Assembly: GCA_963669175.1 (NCBI GenBank)
Contig: OY769902.1
Span: forward strand, 2,240,001 to 2,304,000
DNA: 64,000 bases
Source of the DNA: a bacterium
GTDB taxonomy: Bacteria; Electryoneota; Electryoneia; Electryoneales; Electryoneaceae
Direction of reading: 5' to 3'
Part shown: piece after piece, positions 50,433 through 60,526 of the stretch
How the letters are laid out: every line of letters begins with the position of its first letter
Position numbering within the stretch: the first letter of the stretch is position 1
Program-made: the position numbers and the translations under genes
Notes under the pieces: model-generated
Databases searched by the model: none
What the model saw: only the letters and a program-made list of their open reading frames with translations
What the model was told of the DNA's origin: nothing

Positions 50433-51800
50433 TTAACGCTCATTTAAAACTGTCCGCACAGCGTCGTCCAGCGTTTTCACCGGGATCACGTCCAGTCCTT
50501 TAGGCGCTTTGCCTTTCCAGCCTGCCGCCGGGACGAGGACATGCTTGAATTTCAGGTGTGCGACTTCAGCCAGGCGTCGATCCAGCCCACTGACCGCACG
50601 TACTTCCCCGGCAAGCCCGACCTCGCCCATCAGAACCGTACTCATATCCACCGGACGATTCAGCAGGGAAGAGGCAATCGCGGTGCAGGCCGCCAGGTCA
50701 GCCGCGGCATCTTCCAGACGTACGCCTCCGGTAGCGTTCAGGAATACATCCTGTCCAGCCAGACCCAAGCCGACCCGTTTTTCCAGCACGGCGATCCACA
50801 AGGCAAGACGTCGCGGATCAACGCCGGTCGCATTGCGTTGCGGCGCCTGAAAATAGGAACGGCTGACCAACGCCTGGACCTCGATCAGCAGGGGACGGGA
50901 ACCGCGTATCACCGGCGCAACCGCCACGCCCGGCGTGTCCGCATCTCGTTCGGACAGGAACAGCCGAGAAGGATCAGACACGCCCAGCAGTCCTTCTCCT
51001 GTCATCTCGAATACACCCAGTTCTCCAGTGGGGCCAAAACGGTTCTTCAGGGTACGGAGAATACGTACGCCCCCGGCATGGTCCCCTTCGAACAACAGTA
51101 CCGCGTCGACAAGGTGTTCGACCACACGTGGTCCGGCGATAGCGCCTTCCTTGGTCACATGGCCCACAAGCGCAACTGTGGAACCGGTCTGTTTCGCCCA
51201 GTCCGTCCACATAGACGCTACTTCGCGTACCTGGCTGACAGTACCCGGAGCGGATTCAAGCTCTGGGTGACGCAAGGTCTGGATCGAATCCACGACAACC
51301 AGCGCAGGCTGAAGCTGACGCGCCCAGTCTATCGCCGTCATCAGGTCCGATTCACCCAGCACCTGGAAATTGACGCTGTCCAGTTTCAGGCGGTCAGCAC
51401 GCATCCGTAGTTGAGCCGGGGCCTCTTCAGCCGTGACATAGAGTACGCCAATGCCACTGGCGGCAAGTGCAGCGGCTGTCTGAAGCAGCAGGGTGGATTT
51501 GCCTACGCCCGGATCACCGCCGACAAGGACACTCGACGCCGCTACAAAACCGCCACCGAGGACACGGTCCAGTTCGGCGATCTTGGTCAGCATGCGTGGC
51601 TTTTCATCCGGACGCAAATCGCCCAGCACCTGGGGGCCGGTTTGTTCGCCCGAAGAGCTACGTCGCGATTTTCCACTGCTTTTCGAAACCACCTCTTCAA
51701 CCAGCGTGTTCCATTCACCGCATGCCGGGCATTTCCCCAGCCAACGTGGTTGCGACGCTCCGCAGGATTGACAGATGTAGCGTGTTTGAGTTTTTGCCAT
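50433..51800 (-). CDS. radA: DNA repair protein RadA/Sms
   Basis: C4 zinc finger, GDPGVGKST, DSIQT, KNRFG, Lon-like C-terminus. Confidence 0.96.
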   Translation of the reverse strand: MAKTQTRYICQSCGASQPRWLGKCPACGEWNTLVEEVVSKSSGKSRRSSSGEQTGPQVLGDLRPDEKPRMLTKIAELDRVLGGGFVAASSVLVGGDPGVGKSTLLLQTAAALAASGIGVLYVTAEEAPAQLRMRADRLKLDSVNFQVLGESDLMTAIDWARQLQPALVVVDSIQTLRHPELESAPGTVSQVREVASMWTDWAKQTGSTVALVGHVTKEGAIAGPRVVEHLVDAVLLFEGDHAGGVRILRTLKNRFGPTGELGVFEMTGEGLLGVSDPSRLFLSERDADTPGVAVAPVIRGSRPLLIEVQALVSRSYFQAPQRNATGVDPRRLALWIAVLEKRVGLGLAGQDVFLNATGGVRLEDAAADLAACTAIASSLLNRPVDMSTVLMGEVGLAGEVRAVSGLDRRLAEVAHLKFKHVLVPAAGWKGKAPKGLDVIPVKTLDDAVRTVLNER

Positions 51801-51943
51801 GTCGGAAGATAACCGCATTTGAGCATGAAAAAAACCACCCGATGTTCTATTCGACAATCTTGTTTACACAAAAAAACCGGGACAAATCACAAAAGATCTG
51901 TCCCGGTATTTTGAAATCAACTATCTGAAATCAACTATCTGTT

Positions 51944-53428
51944 TCAGAACGTATCCTTCTTGGCGTTCTTGATGATGATCTCAATACGTCTGTTTTCCGC
52001 ACGACCTTCTGCGGTTTCGTTGGAGGCGACCGGACGATCTTCACCGTATCCGACGGCCTTCACCATTTCCGCTGTCAGGCTGGCGTCATTGGCCAGGAGG
52101 TAGGTACGTACTGACGCGGCACGTTCTTCTGAAAGCGCCTGGTTGGCGGCTTCTCGACCGTACGAATCCGTATGCCCTTCCACCATGATCATGCAGCCTG
52201 GGAATTCCTGGATCGCGCTGAGCACCTTGCTCAACAGGCCGTAGGATTCCGGGCTCAGCGTGGCCTTACCCGGAGGGAAGGTCAGTCCCTTCAGGCGGAT
52301 GATCAGGTCATTGGTCTCGATCATGGTCACAGCTTCGCTCTGCGTGAACAGGCTGAAGATGCGATCGAATTTGGCCTGCTGACGTTTGCGGGCTTCCTCG
52401 AGTTTCTTCTGACGTTCCAGCTCTTCGTTGTAATTACCCTGAAGCTGGCTCAGCTCTTTGCCCAGGCTGTCCGAAAGTGTCTGGAGCGAATCGATCATGT
52501 GATTCTTTTCAACAATCGCTTCGTTCATCCGGAGGCTTTCTTCACGGTTAGTCTCGAGGATGGATTTGATGGTTTGGGCCATTTCAATAATCGGCGGGCC
52601 CATACCGTTGTCATATTGCGGATCAAGGTTCAGCTCGCGAACAACACGTGTCAGGTAACCCTGAATGTCCAGGTACAGCGTTTCATAACCGGAAGCGGAT
52701 TTTTCCAGGTTCTTGGCACGGCTGGTGATGTACAACGCCATGCGAGATTGATACATCGATTCTTCCGCCTTCTGCATGGCATCGTTGGCAGCGTAACGAT
52801 CCTTGTTCAGGATACTTTCGGCCTGCATGGCCAGGTCTTTGGCCTTTTGCAGGGTGACGGGAGCGTATTCATCAGCATCGTTATCCAGGGCTTCAGAAAT
52901 CGCACGCTCCGGCTTGCCGATAATGTTTTCCTTGATGGCGAGCAATTCAGCATCACGGAAGAGACCTTCGGATTCCACCGCACGTTCTTCCGCTGCTTCG
53001 TTTTTCCCCTTTTCCAGGTATGCGACAGCATCTTCCAGCTTTTTCTGAGCGCGGGCATATTGTTCGGGCGCGTACGTACTCGCTTCTACTTCCTGGCAGG
53101 CCTGCCGCGCTTCCAGCATTTTCAGGAACATCTTTTCTGCTATATCGAGCACATAGGCTGCCTGACGGACAGCATCATTGGCGCGTTGCAGATACTTGTC
53201 TACGTTTGCACTACTGGCTCCGGACCTGAATTCTTTCGAAGCACGCTCGTAATTTTCGACCGCATCCCCGAAGTTTTCAGGTGATAGCAGTTGAGCGTTA
53301 CGTGCACGAAGGTCGTCAATCGCCTGCCCGGTCTCGTTCAAGCGTTCTTCGATCAGTTGCGCAGCAGCCGTGCCGATCAATCCGATCATCAACAGCACGA
53401 GCACACTTCCAAGCAACTTCTTCATCAT
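51944..53428 (-). CDS. OmpA-family peptidoglycan-binding protein with helical (DUF4398-like) repeats
   Basis: VEGHTDS, NQALSEERA, GYGE.RPVASN and NRRIEI motifs; repeated YAP..Y/L..A units. Confidence 0.9.
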   Translation of the reverse strand: MMKKLLGSVLVLLMIGLIGTAAAQLIEERLNETGQAIDDLRARNAQLLSPENFGDAVENYERASKEFRSGASSANVDKYLQRANDAVRQAAYVLDIAEKMFLKMLEARQACQEVEASTYAPEQYARAQKKLEDAVAYLEKGKNEAAEERAVESEGLFRDAELLAIKENIIGKPERAISEALDNDADEYAPVTLQKAKDLAMQAESILNKDRYAANDAMQKAEESMYQSRMALYITSRAKNLEKSASGYETLYLDIQGYLTRVVRELNLDPQYDNGMGPPIIEMAQTIKSILETNREESLRMNEAIVEKNHMIDSLQTLSDSLGKELSQLQGNYNEELERQKKLEEARKRQQAKFDRIFSLFTQSEAVTMIETNDLIIRLKGLTFPPGKATLSPESYGLLSKVLSAIQEFPGCMIMVEGHTDSYGREAANQALSEERAASVRTYLLANDASLTAEMVKAVGYGEDRPVASNETAEGRAENRRIEIIIKNAKKDTF

Positions 53429-53534
53429 GCCTCCCCTCGCATGCGGTTTACCGCTTTATGCAGTTGGTACTGCCAAACTGTTAGCATCTGGTTAGTATAA
53501 CGAGTTGACCCAATCCTTGTAAAGATACGAATTG

Positions 53535-54404
53535 TTAAATTCTATCGTGTGCGGTAGCCCACAAAACAGCCGGAGTGCGTACCGGGACACCGGCAAATTC
53601 GCCAATTGACGGACACTTGATTAAAACCAGGAAACAGATATTCTTATCCATCATTTCCAGGGTCTCAAAATTTCCCTGCCCTTTTGCAATGATAAGGTCT
53701 GCTTTATCAAAGGTTTGCCGGAAGCTGTCAGAACAATCATCCAACCAGGTTCCCGGCACATTGGAGCCGTTATCGATGACAGGAACCAGTTTGTCCAGCC
53801 CGGCCTGTTCGGCATCCTCACGCATGGCATCATTGAGAACCGGAGAACCTTTCACGCTGAGAACTACCTTGTCCCGTGGAAGTGTCTCGATGATCAGACG
53901 GTCAAAGACAATCTCACCCGCATTGTCCGCCAGGTAGAGGATAGACCCGGCCTTTTGCACCTGGTCCTGTAATTTTTTCAGCGGCTCAGGGTCAATGGTC
54001 ATGGTCAACAGGTCGTTGATGGCAGATTCCATCTGTTCACGGCTGAGAGTGTGGTAAATACCAAGGTCGATGGAGTTGCCGATTATGGCGATTTTGACCG
54101 CTTCCGTAAAAGGATCGTCCGCAGCTTCTACCCGTTCACGTAACATCGGCAACAGTTCGAGGGCTATGCTGTTGTGGAGACGCTTGTCCTTTTCAAAGAA
54201 GTCCACGACACCGGTCGCTTCACGCAAAATGTCGTGGATTTTCCAAGCCAGAACTGGTGGTGGCTGGGTGTGATCCTCAGTGGCGAGCAGGTTCAGCACT
54301 TCGCGGATAGTTGTTTCCTTCAGCGAAGCATCATCTGAATGGCTTTCCAGTATGTTCACCGCCTGTGAAAGCAGGCAGGGCATGCAGGTTGGATAGGAAC
54401 GCAT
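53535..54404 (-). CDS. Damage-control phosphatase (DUF89 / ARMT1-like)
   Basis: CMPC, GNSID, DNAGEIVFD, KGQGNFE and KC motifs. Confidence 0.9.
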   Translation of the reverse strand: MRSYPTCMPCLLSQAVNILESHSDDASLKETTIREVLNLLATEDHTQPPPVLAWKIHDILREATGVVDFFEKDKRLHNSIALELLPMLRERVEAADDPFTEAVKIAIIGNSIDLGIYHTLSREQMESAINDLLTMTIDPEPLKKLQDQVQKAGSILYLADNAGEIVFDRLIIETLPRDKVVLSVKGSPVLNDAMREDAEQAGLDKLVPVIDNGSNVPGTWLDDCSDSFRQTFDKADLIIAKGQGNFETLEMMDKNICFLVLIKCPSIGEFAGVPVRTPAVLWATAHDRI

Positions 54405-54464
54405 AGTATGGCTTCTCGTTGTTAGAACTACTGTGTCACGCTTTTACACAATGATTTGAGAATG

Positions 54465-54669
54465 TCGTCAGGTCACACGCATGAAAAGCATATGCGCAAG
54501 ACCTGACGAAACATCCATTGCGCAAGACCTGACGAAACATCCATTGCGCAAGACCTGACGAAACATCCATTGCGCAAGACCTGACGAAAAAGCAATATGA
54601 CAAAACCAATGTGACGAACACACTCGTTGTGTCAGGTCTTGATGCGCGAAGCGGGTTGTGACCTGACAC
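54465..54669. repeat. 26-bp tandem repeat (TGCGCAAGACCTGACGAAACATCCAT x3.7, 54493-54589) with inverted partner and a GTCAGGTC hairpin
   Basis: Units start at 54493, 54519, 54545, 54571; tcgtcaggtc at 54465; hairpin 54629-54669. Confidence 0.9.
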
Positions 54670-54824
54670 TCAAACCGGCATTCGCAAGTGAATTGTGTTA
54701 TAGCAGGCAATATGAGCTTTCGGTGCAAGAAATGAAACCCTCCGGAGGGAACTCGCAGCGGGTATGGAAAAACACAGTCGTTGAGCGTATACTGCAACAT
54801 CATTGAAGAAGGACAGCAGAACCG

Positions 54825-55949
54825 ATGGGAAGTAAACAGGAAGACAACAAGCCAACCCGTTCGGCGCTGAATGTGATGAAAGGCGTCGAAGGCGGTCATG
54901 ACGGCCTGCCGGGGCACGCTTCAAAGACTGCATCCAAGCGTCCGGCCCCCAAACGGAAACTGAGTACAGAAGACTATGTTGAAGGCGTACTCTCCGGTGA
55001 TCGTACCCGCCTTGCACGCGCCATCACACTGGTGGAATCCAACGCGATTCATCACCAGGAACAAGCGCAAGAAGTGCTGAAAGCTGTGATGCCGCATACG
55101 GGCAACTCGATCCGCGTGGGCATTACCGGCGTTCCCGGCGCTGGAAAAAGCACCCTGATCGAAGCTTTGGGCACCTACCTGACCGAGTCCGGGCATAAAG
55201 TTGCAGTGATGGCGGTTGATCCCTCCTCGAGTGTGACCAAGGGGTCCATTCTTGGCGATAAAACACGCATGGAACAGCTCAGCCGTGACCCGAACGCGTT
55301 CATTCGCCCCAGTCCCAGCGGCGGCACTCTTGGCGGTGTGGCGCGTAAAACTCGTGAGACCATGCTGCTGTTCGAGGCGGCCGGCTTCGATGTGGTGCTG
55401 GTAGAGACAGTAGGAGTGGGGCAAAGCGAGATCACGGTCCGTTCCCTTGTCGACTTCTTCCTGCTGGTCCTGATCGCCGGGGCGGGGGATGAGCTGCAGG
55501 GGATGAAGAAGGGCGTGATGGAAATCGCTGACGCAATCCTGGTGAACAAGGCGGATGGCGACAATCTTCGTTCTGCGCAACTGGCGCGCGCTGAATACGA
55601 ACGTGCGCTGCACTACCTGCAACCCGCGACCAAAGGCTGGATTACCAAAGCCTACACCGCTTCCGCTTTAACCGGTGATGGCATCGCCGCACTCTGGGAC
55701 GAAGTCAAAGCGTTCGAGCAGAGTGCGCGTGAAAACAACGTTTTTAACGAACGTCGCAAGCATCAAACCCGTGACTGGCTGCATAGCATGATGGAAGAAC
55801 GGTTGCGAGACCTGTTTTACCACCATGAGGCGGTTGCGAAGCACCTGAGCGATGTGGAAAAACGTGTGATGGACGGGAGTCTTCCCGCGACACAGGGAGC
55901 GTGGGAGCTTTTAGGCCTGTTCGAGCGATCCGGAAGAAGTGGGAAGTGA
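54825..55949 (+). CDS. meaB: Methylmalonyl-CoA mutase-associated GTPase
   Basis: GVPGAGKST, VDPSS, GSILGDKTRM, ETVGVGQSE and NKAD motifs. Confidence 0.95.
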   Translation: MGSKQEDNKPTRSALNVMKGVEGGHDGLPGHASKTASKRPAPKRKLSTEDYVEGVLSGDRTRLARAITLVESNAIHHQEQAQEVLKAVMPHTGNSIRVGITGVPGAGKSTLIEALGTYLTESGHKVAVMAVDPSSSVTKGSILGDKTRMEQLSRDPNAFIRPSPSGGTLGGVARKTRETMLLFEAAGFDVVLVETVGVGQSEITVRSLVDFFLLVLIAGAGDELQGMKKGVMEIADAILVNKADGDNLRSAQLARAEYERALHYLQPATKGWITKAYTASALTGDGIAALWDEVKAFEQSARENNVFNERRKHQTRDWLHSMMEERLRDLFYHHEAVAKHLSDVEKRVMDGSLPATQGAWELLGLFERSGRSGK

Positions 55950-57013
55950 TTAAGAATTAAGAGTTAAGAATTAAGAATTAAGAATTAAATCACTCAATTA
56001 GGAATTGGAAATGAGGAATTGGACAAAAACCCGACAGCAAGCAGTCGGGCCAGACGTGAAAGCCCGTTTGTCAGTTTTCGGCAACTATTTTTCCTTTGCG
56101 CCTTTGCGCCTTTGCGTCTTTGCGTGAAACGAATCAGTTAGAAGGTGGTTTTCATAGAATATCCTCGAGATCCCCGTTCAAGCCGGGGATGACATATCGG
56201 GCCGGAGATGATATGAAGCAATTAAGAATTAAGAGTTAAGAATTAAAAATCAAGAATAAAGTCACTCGATTAGGAATTAGAAATTAGAAATGAGGAATTG
56301 GACAAAAACCCGACAGCAGGCAGTCGGGCCAGACGTGAAAGCCCGTTTGTCAGTTTTCGGCAACTATTTTTCCTTTGCGCCTTTGCGTCTTTGCGTGAAA
56401 CGAATCAGTTAGAAGGTGGTTTTCATAGAATATCCTCGAGATCCCCGTTCAAGCCGGGGATGACATATCGGGCCGGAGATGATATGAAGCAATTAAGAAT
56501 TAAGAGTTAAGAATTAAGAATTAAGAATTAAATCACTCAATTAGGAATTGGAAATGAGGAATTGGACAAAAACCCGACAGCAAGCAGTCGGGCCAGACGT
56601 GAAAGCCCGTTTGTCAGTTTTCGGCAACTATTTTTCCTTTGCGCCTTTGCGCCTTTGCGTCTTTGCGTGAAACGAATCAGTTAGAAGGTGGTTTTCATAG
56701 AATATCCTCGAGATCCCCGTTCAAGCCGGGGATGACATATCGGGCCGGAGATGATATGAAGCAATTAAGAATTAAGAGTTAAGAATTAAGAATCAAGAAT
56801 TAAGTCACTCGATTAGGAATTAGAAATTAGAAATGAGGAATTGGACAAAAACCCGACAGCAGGCAGTCGGGCCAGACGTGAAAGCCAGTTTGTCAGTTTT
56901 CGGCAACTTTTTTTCCTTTGCGCCTTTGCGTCTTTGCGTGAAACGAATCAGTTAGACAGTGGTTGAGAATTCATCTTTTCAATTCTTAATTCTTCATTTT
57001 TAATTCTTAATTC
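55950..57013. repeat. Composite tandem array: about four 264-279 bp units (543-bp dimer duplicated), each with the REP hairpin, TTAAGAA heptamers, CTTTGCGy octamers and (first three units) a second palindrome
   Basis: REP cores at 56030, 56309, 56573, 56852; loop variants alternate AA/AG. Confidence 0.93.
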
Positions 57014-57027
57014 TAAGGAGTTTCAGG

Positions 57028-57570
57028 ATGATAGAGTGGTACGTCCACGCTGTAAAAGCGCACCCGATCATTTCGAGTGCGATTCAGGTAGCCATACTGG
57101 GCATGTTCGGCGAACTGCTCGCCGGGAAGATCCGACTTGGGAAGTGGTATTTCTTCGGCCCCGGACCGTGGCGCCTGATCGCCAAGATCATCATCTGGGG
57201 TTTCCTCGGCATCACCTTCAAGTATTCCTTCGCCGGCTTTTTCGGCTTCTTTGACGCCCTGGTTCACAAGGGCTTCTGGCCGGAGTTCGGCGGAAACCTG
57301 TACTGGCGGGCTGTCTCCGTATCCACATTTTGCAACCTGCTGTACGGTCCGATGATGATGCTGTTCCACCGTTGGACCGACAACTGGATTGAGAAAAAGG
57401 AGATGGATTGGCCCAGCCTGCAGAAGGCATGGAAAACCCTGCTCTGGTTCTGGATTCCTGCGCACACTATCACCTTCTCGCTGCCCTCCCATTTCCAGGT
57501 TGGACTGGCAGCAGTCTGGGCAGTTGCATTGGGGATTATCCTGGGATTATTTGCAAGAAAAGCGAGTTAG
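57028..57570 (+). CDS. Membrane protein, Mpv17/PMP22-like
   Basis: AAGGAG RBS, HPIISS, FWIPAHTITFSLP...V..AAVW pattern. Confidence 0.7.
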   Translation: MIEWYVHAVKAHPIISSAIQVAILGMFGELLAGKIRLGKWYFFGPGPWRLIAKIIIWGFLGITFKYSFAGFFGFFDALVHKGFWPEFGGNLYWRAVSVSTFCNLLYGPMMMLFHRWTDNWIEKKEMDWPSLQKAWKTLLWFWIPAHTITFSLPSHFQVGLAAVWAVALGIILGLFARKAS

Positions 57571-57652
57571 ACTTGATTCTAAGAGTTGTTAACGGTAGAT
57601 TATAACGCCGGATATGCTAAATTGAGTGTTTGAAGTAGACAACAGGAGGTGT

Positions 57653-58130
57653 ATGATGAAAAAAAAACATCACGTTAACTCTTACAGTTGTACTGCTACT
57701 CTTCGCGATATCGGCAATCGCCGCACCACCGCCACCAGAACCACCACCTGGCGAACTTTACGAATATACACACCAGCTTACGATGCTCCAAGATAACCCA
57801 CAATACTGTCACATCCCGCAAGGTCCGACTCACTCCTATGTGGAGGCTAATCTTTACGTACAAGCGTGGGAAACTGATGGTGATCAAGATCTTGAAGCGG
57901 TTTATGGCGAAATTGGAATAGGGGAACAGCAGGGTCAATATTACATTCAATGTTTTGTTAGTGAGTATGCTTTGTTCCATCCACCCTATGTAAATGAGAG
58001 TACATATCCTCGATCATCGATTAACCTGAACCGAAATGATTTATACCAAAGACTATACGTTTCAGATGACCATGGTGAAACGGTCTTTGATTGTACATAT
58101 TTTACAATATGTTTGGACGGTATTTGGTAA
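57653..58130 (+). pseudogene. Secreted hypothetical protein, frameshifted at an A9 tract (57659-57667)
   Basis: AGGAGG RBS + ATG; removing one A gives MMKKNITLTLTVVLLLFAISAIA-APPPPEPPP in frame with the 57783-58130 ORF. Confidence 0.75.
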
Positions 58131-58169
58131 TTAGCTGGTTATAGCTTATGGGTTGCCATACAGGGTGCT

Positions 58170-60506
58170 ATGAAGACATATTCAAGAGGTCATAAAGTGA
58201 AGAATAGATTTAGTTTTGCATATCTTGTCTTGTTATTGTGTTTCATTTTCACTTCTGAGCTAAATGCCTTATGGTTTTTTGAGCAACCTGGTATTGGCAG
58301 CCCAAAGAGTTATTTAGCTGACTCTTCTGGAGTAAATGCACTGTTAGGTATGAATTCTGGATTATGGAAGACAGATAATGAATTTCATGATTGGCTAAAT
58401 ATGGATAATAGCTTCGATGATTATGATTTAGAAGGAATAGAATTTATAATATCACTAAATGAATCATTAGATACATTGATAATTAATAGTTATTTTGGTG
58501 GTACAGGGATAGAAAACGCATATTCTTTTGACGGAGGGCAAACATGGCAGCTACCTGATGTAGAATATAGTGGATATAATGATTATATTTCTTATAGTAG
58601 AAATAATCACAGTAATTGGTACTATATCAGTCAAGAATCATATGCTTATTCAATAGATTTCGGCAATACTTGGACTGAAGTTCAGTTGCCATACCTTTAT
58701 TCAAAAACAGGAATTTATGTGGATCCATCGTATGAATACACTATTTACTATACATCATCCTATTATGGAAATGATGAAGTATCAAGAGGAGGATTGGTTC
58801 GTAGTGAAAGTAATTTTTCTTCATCTCAAGAATTAATTAATTTTTATGAAATGTTTGGGGTTTCAGATTTCTTTGTGGTTAATGATGTGTCTAGAATGTC
58901 GAACAATGAACTTATCGTTACTGTAGATGATTTTGACAACCGTGATTTCTGGGGTCCGCTTCCGCTTCTTGTCTCTGATGACGAAGGCGAAACGTGGGAA
59001 CGAATCGGAAGTGGATTGCCAACGCGATTTTCGCCTGGAACCATTCTTGAGGATCAAAGTGTTCCAGGCCGTGTTTATTGTGCCAGCAATTATAAAATGG
59101 GCGTGTACATTTCTAACGATTTTGGCCGTACTTTTACACGCATGACAAATGGCATGCCTGAGCAGATGACAATGGTTCACGATCTCCGGCAAAACGAATA
59201 CAGTGGCCTCTTATCTGTATGTATCGATGGATGGGGAGTCTTTACTTCGGAGGATAATGGAAATACCTGGGTTCCAATAGAAAATTATCCTCCTGTTGGC
59301 ACATCTTATTCCAGATGTAATGCTGTAGAATCATCTTTCATAGTCGGGAATGAAATGTACAGGAATTTTCTATTTGATTACGACCAGGAAGAGTGGATAG
59401 ACCTGTCATTTCCCGTGGCCGAAGATACTCTAATCCAGATGGCCGTGCCTTTCTGGCGGCAAGGCAACCTTCTTAGAACGATCTATTGGAAACTTCCCTA
59501 TATCTACAGTCTGCCAGTTGTAGGCATCGCTGCAAGCAACGATTTGGGAGACAGTTGGGAATTCGGCGAAACTCTCAGTCCGATCCCCCGGTTGGATCAG
59601 AGCTTTTTCGAGGAGGATGAATTCTGTCGACTGGTGTCCCGATGTTATAACCTGTACGATACACTGATGGTATCATTTGATAAAGGTGACTCATGGGAAA
59701 CATGGCCGCTTGATTTTAACTGTTCAAACATCATCCAAGACCGGAATACGGTCTATGCCAAGGCAGCAGAAGGAATTTACAGGACGAGTGACGAGGGAGA
59801 AACATGGGTGAACATGGATTTTCCGCAGCAAATGGAAGACTACTATTACGGATTTGAGATAATTGACGACAAGATGTTTGCATTGAATTTTCATAACCAC
59901 TTGGTGAATTGCTGGATATGGTCGGAAGAGGCAGGTTGGGAGAATCGTAGCACGCTGCCCTTTGTGTTCAATGCAGATTTCGAATTGGTTCCGACAGAGA
60001 CAGATACCTTCTTGGTCTACCCGGTTACAAGTACTGATTCCTTTTACGTCTCAAATGATGGCGGGTATACGTGGGATCAGCGCACCGTTGAGTTTCTGCA
60101 CTCGGATATCGATCACGGCAGCATCAGCAACCTCTATTATCATAGAGAATATGATCGTGTTTGGGCATCCTCGGATATCGGGGTGGTTTGGATATCCACG
60201 AATGATTTAGCCGTAGAAAACCATCCATTACGAGCGATTCCCGCTGGTTTTGGAGAAATGGAAGTCTTTCCCAACCCAACCAATTCGGCTGTAAAGGTGT
60301 ATTTCAATCTTGATGAGTACGCCCGGGGTGATATAAAGATATTCGACATTGAGGGGCGAGAAGTTCTTTCAGAGCAAGGCAGAGCCTTCAACAGGGGCAT
60401 AAACCTGCTGAATTACGATTTAAATAATCTTGCTTCGGGGACATATTTTATGCAAATAAGCGTTGGTCGCAAAGAACATACACGGAAAATCATTCTCATC
60501 AAATGA
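58170..60506 (+). CDS. Secreted BNR/Asp-box repeat beta-propeller protein with T9SS-like C-terminal domain
   Basis: Many SxDxGxTW repeats, FPNPTN...LASGTYF...KIILIK; start may be GTG 58197. Confidence 0.88.
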   Translation: MKTYSRGHKVKNRFSFAYLVLLLCFIFTSELNALWFFEQPGIGSPKSYLADSSGVNALLGMNSGLWKTDNEFHDWLNMDNSFDDYDLEGIEFIISLNESLDTLIINSYFGGTGIENAYSFDGGQTWQLPDVEYSGYNDYISYSRNNHSNWYYISQESYAYSIDFGNTWTEVQLPYLYSKTGIYVDPSYEYTIYYTSSYYGNDEVSRGGLVRSESNFSSSQELINFYEMFGVSDFFVVNDVSRMSNNELIVTVDDFDNRDFWGPLPLLVSDDEGETWERIGSGLPTRFSPGTILEDQSVPGRVYCASNYKMGVYISNDFGRTFTRMTNGMPEQMTMVHDLRQNEYSGLLSVCIDGWGVFTSEDNGNTWVPIENYPPVGTSYSRCNAVESSFIVGNEMYRNFLFDYDQEEWIDLSFPVAEDTLIQMAVPFWRQGNLLRTIYWKLPYIYSLPVVGIAASNDLGDSWEFGETLSPIPRLDQSFFEEDEFCRLVSRCYNLYDTLMVSFDKGDSWETWPLDFNCSNIIQDRNTVYAKAAEGIYRTSDEGETWVNMDFPQQMEDYYYGFEIIDDKMFALNFHNHLVNCWIWSEEAGWENRSTLPFVFNADFELVPTETDTFLVYPVTSTDSFYVSNDGGYTWDQRTVEFLHSDIDHGSISNLYYHREYDRVWASSDIGVVWISTNDLAVENHPLRAIPAGFGEMEVFPNPTNSAVKVYFNLDEYARGDIKIFDIEGREVLSEQGRAFNRGINLLNYDLNNLASGTYFMQISVGRKEHTRKIILIK

Positions 60507-60526
60507 AGTATTTGAAACAGGGCTGA

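Noticed and set aside
53459-53475. Sigma-54 promoter upstream of the OmpA-family gene
   Set aside because: TGGCAGTACCAACTGCA has GG-N11-GC spacing instead of the required N10.
54493-54589. Mini-CRISPR or iteron array
   Set aside because: Units abut with no spacers, no rep gene is nearby, and the unit belongs to the dispersed CAGGTC repeat family.
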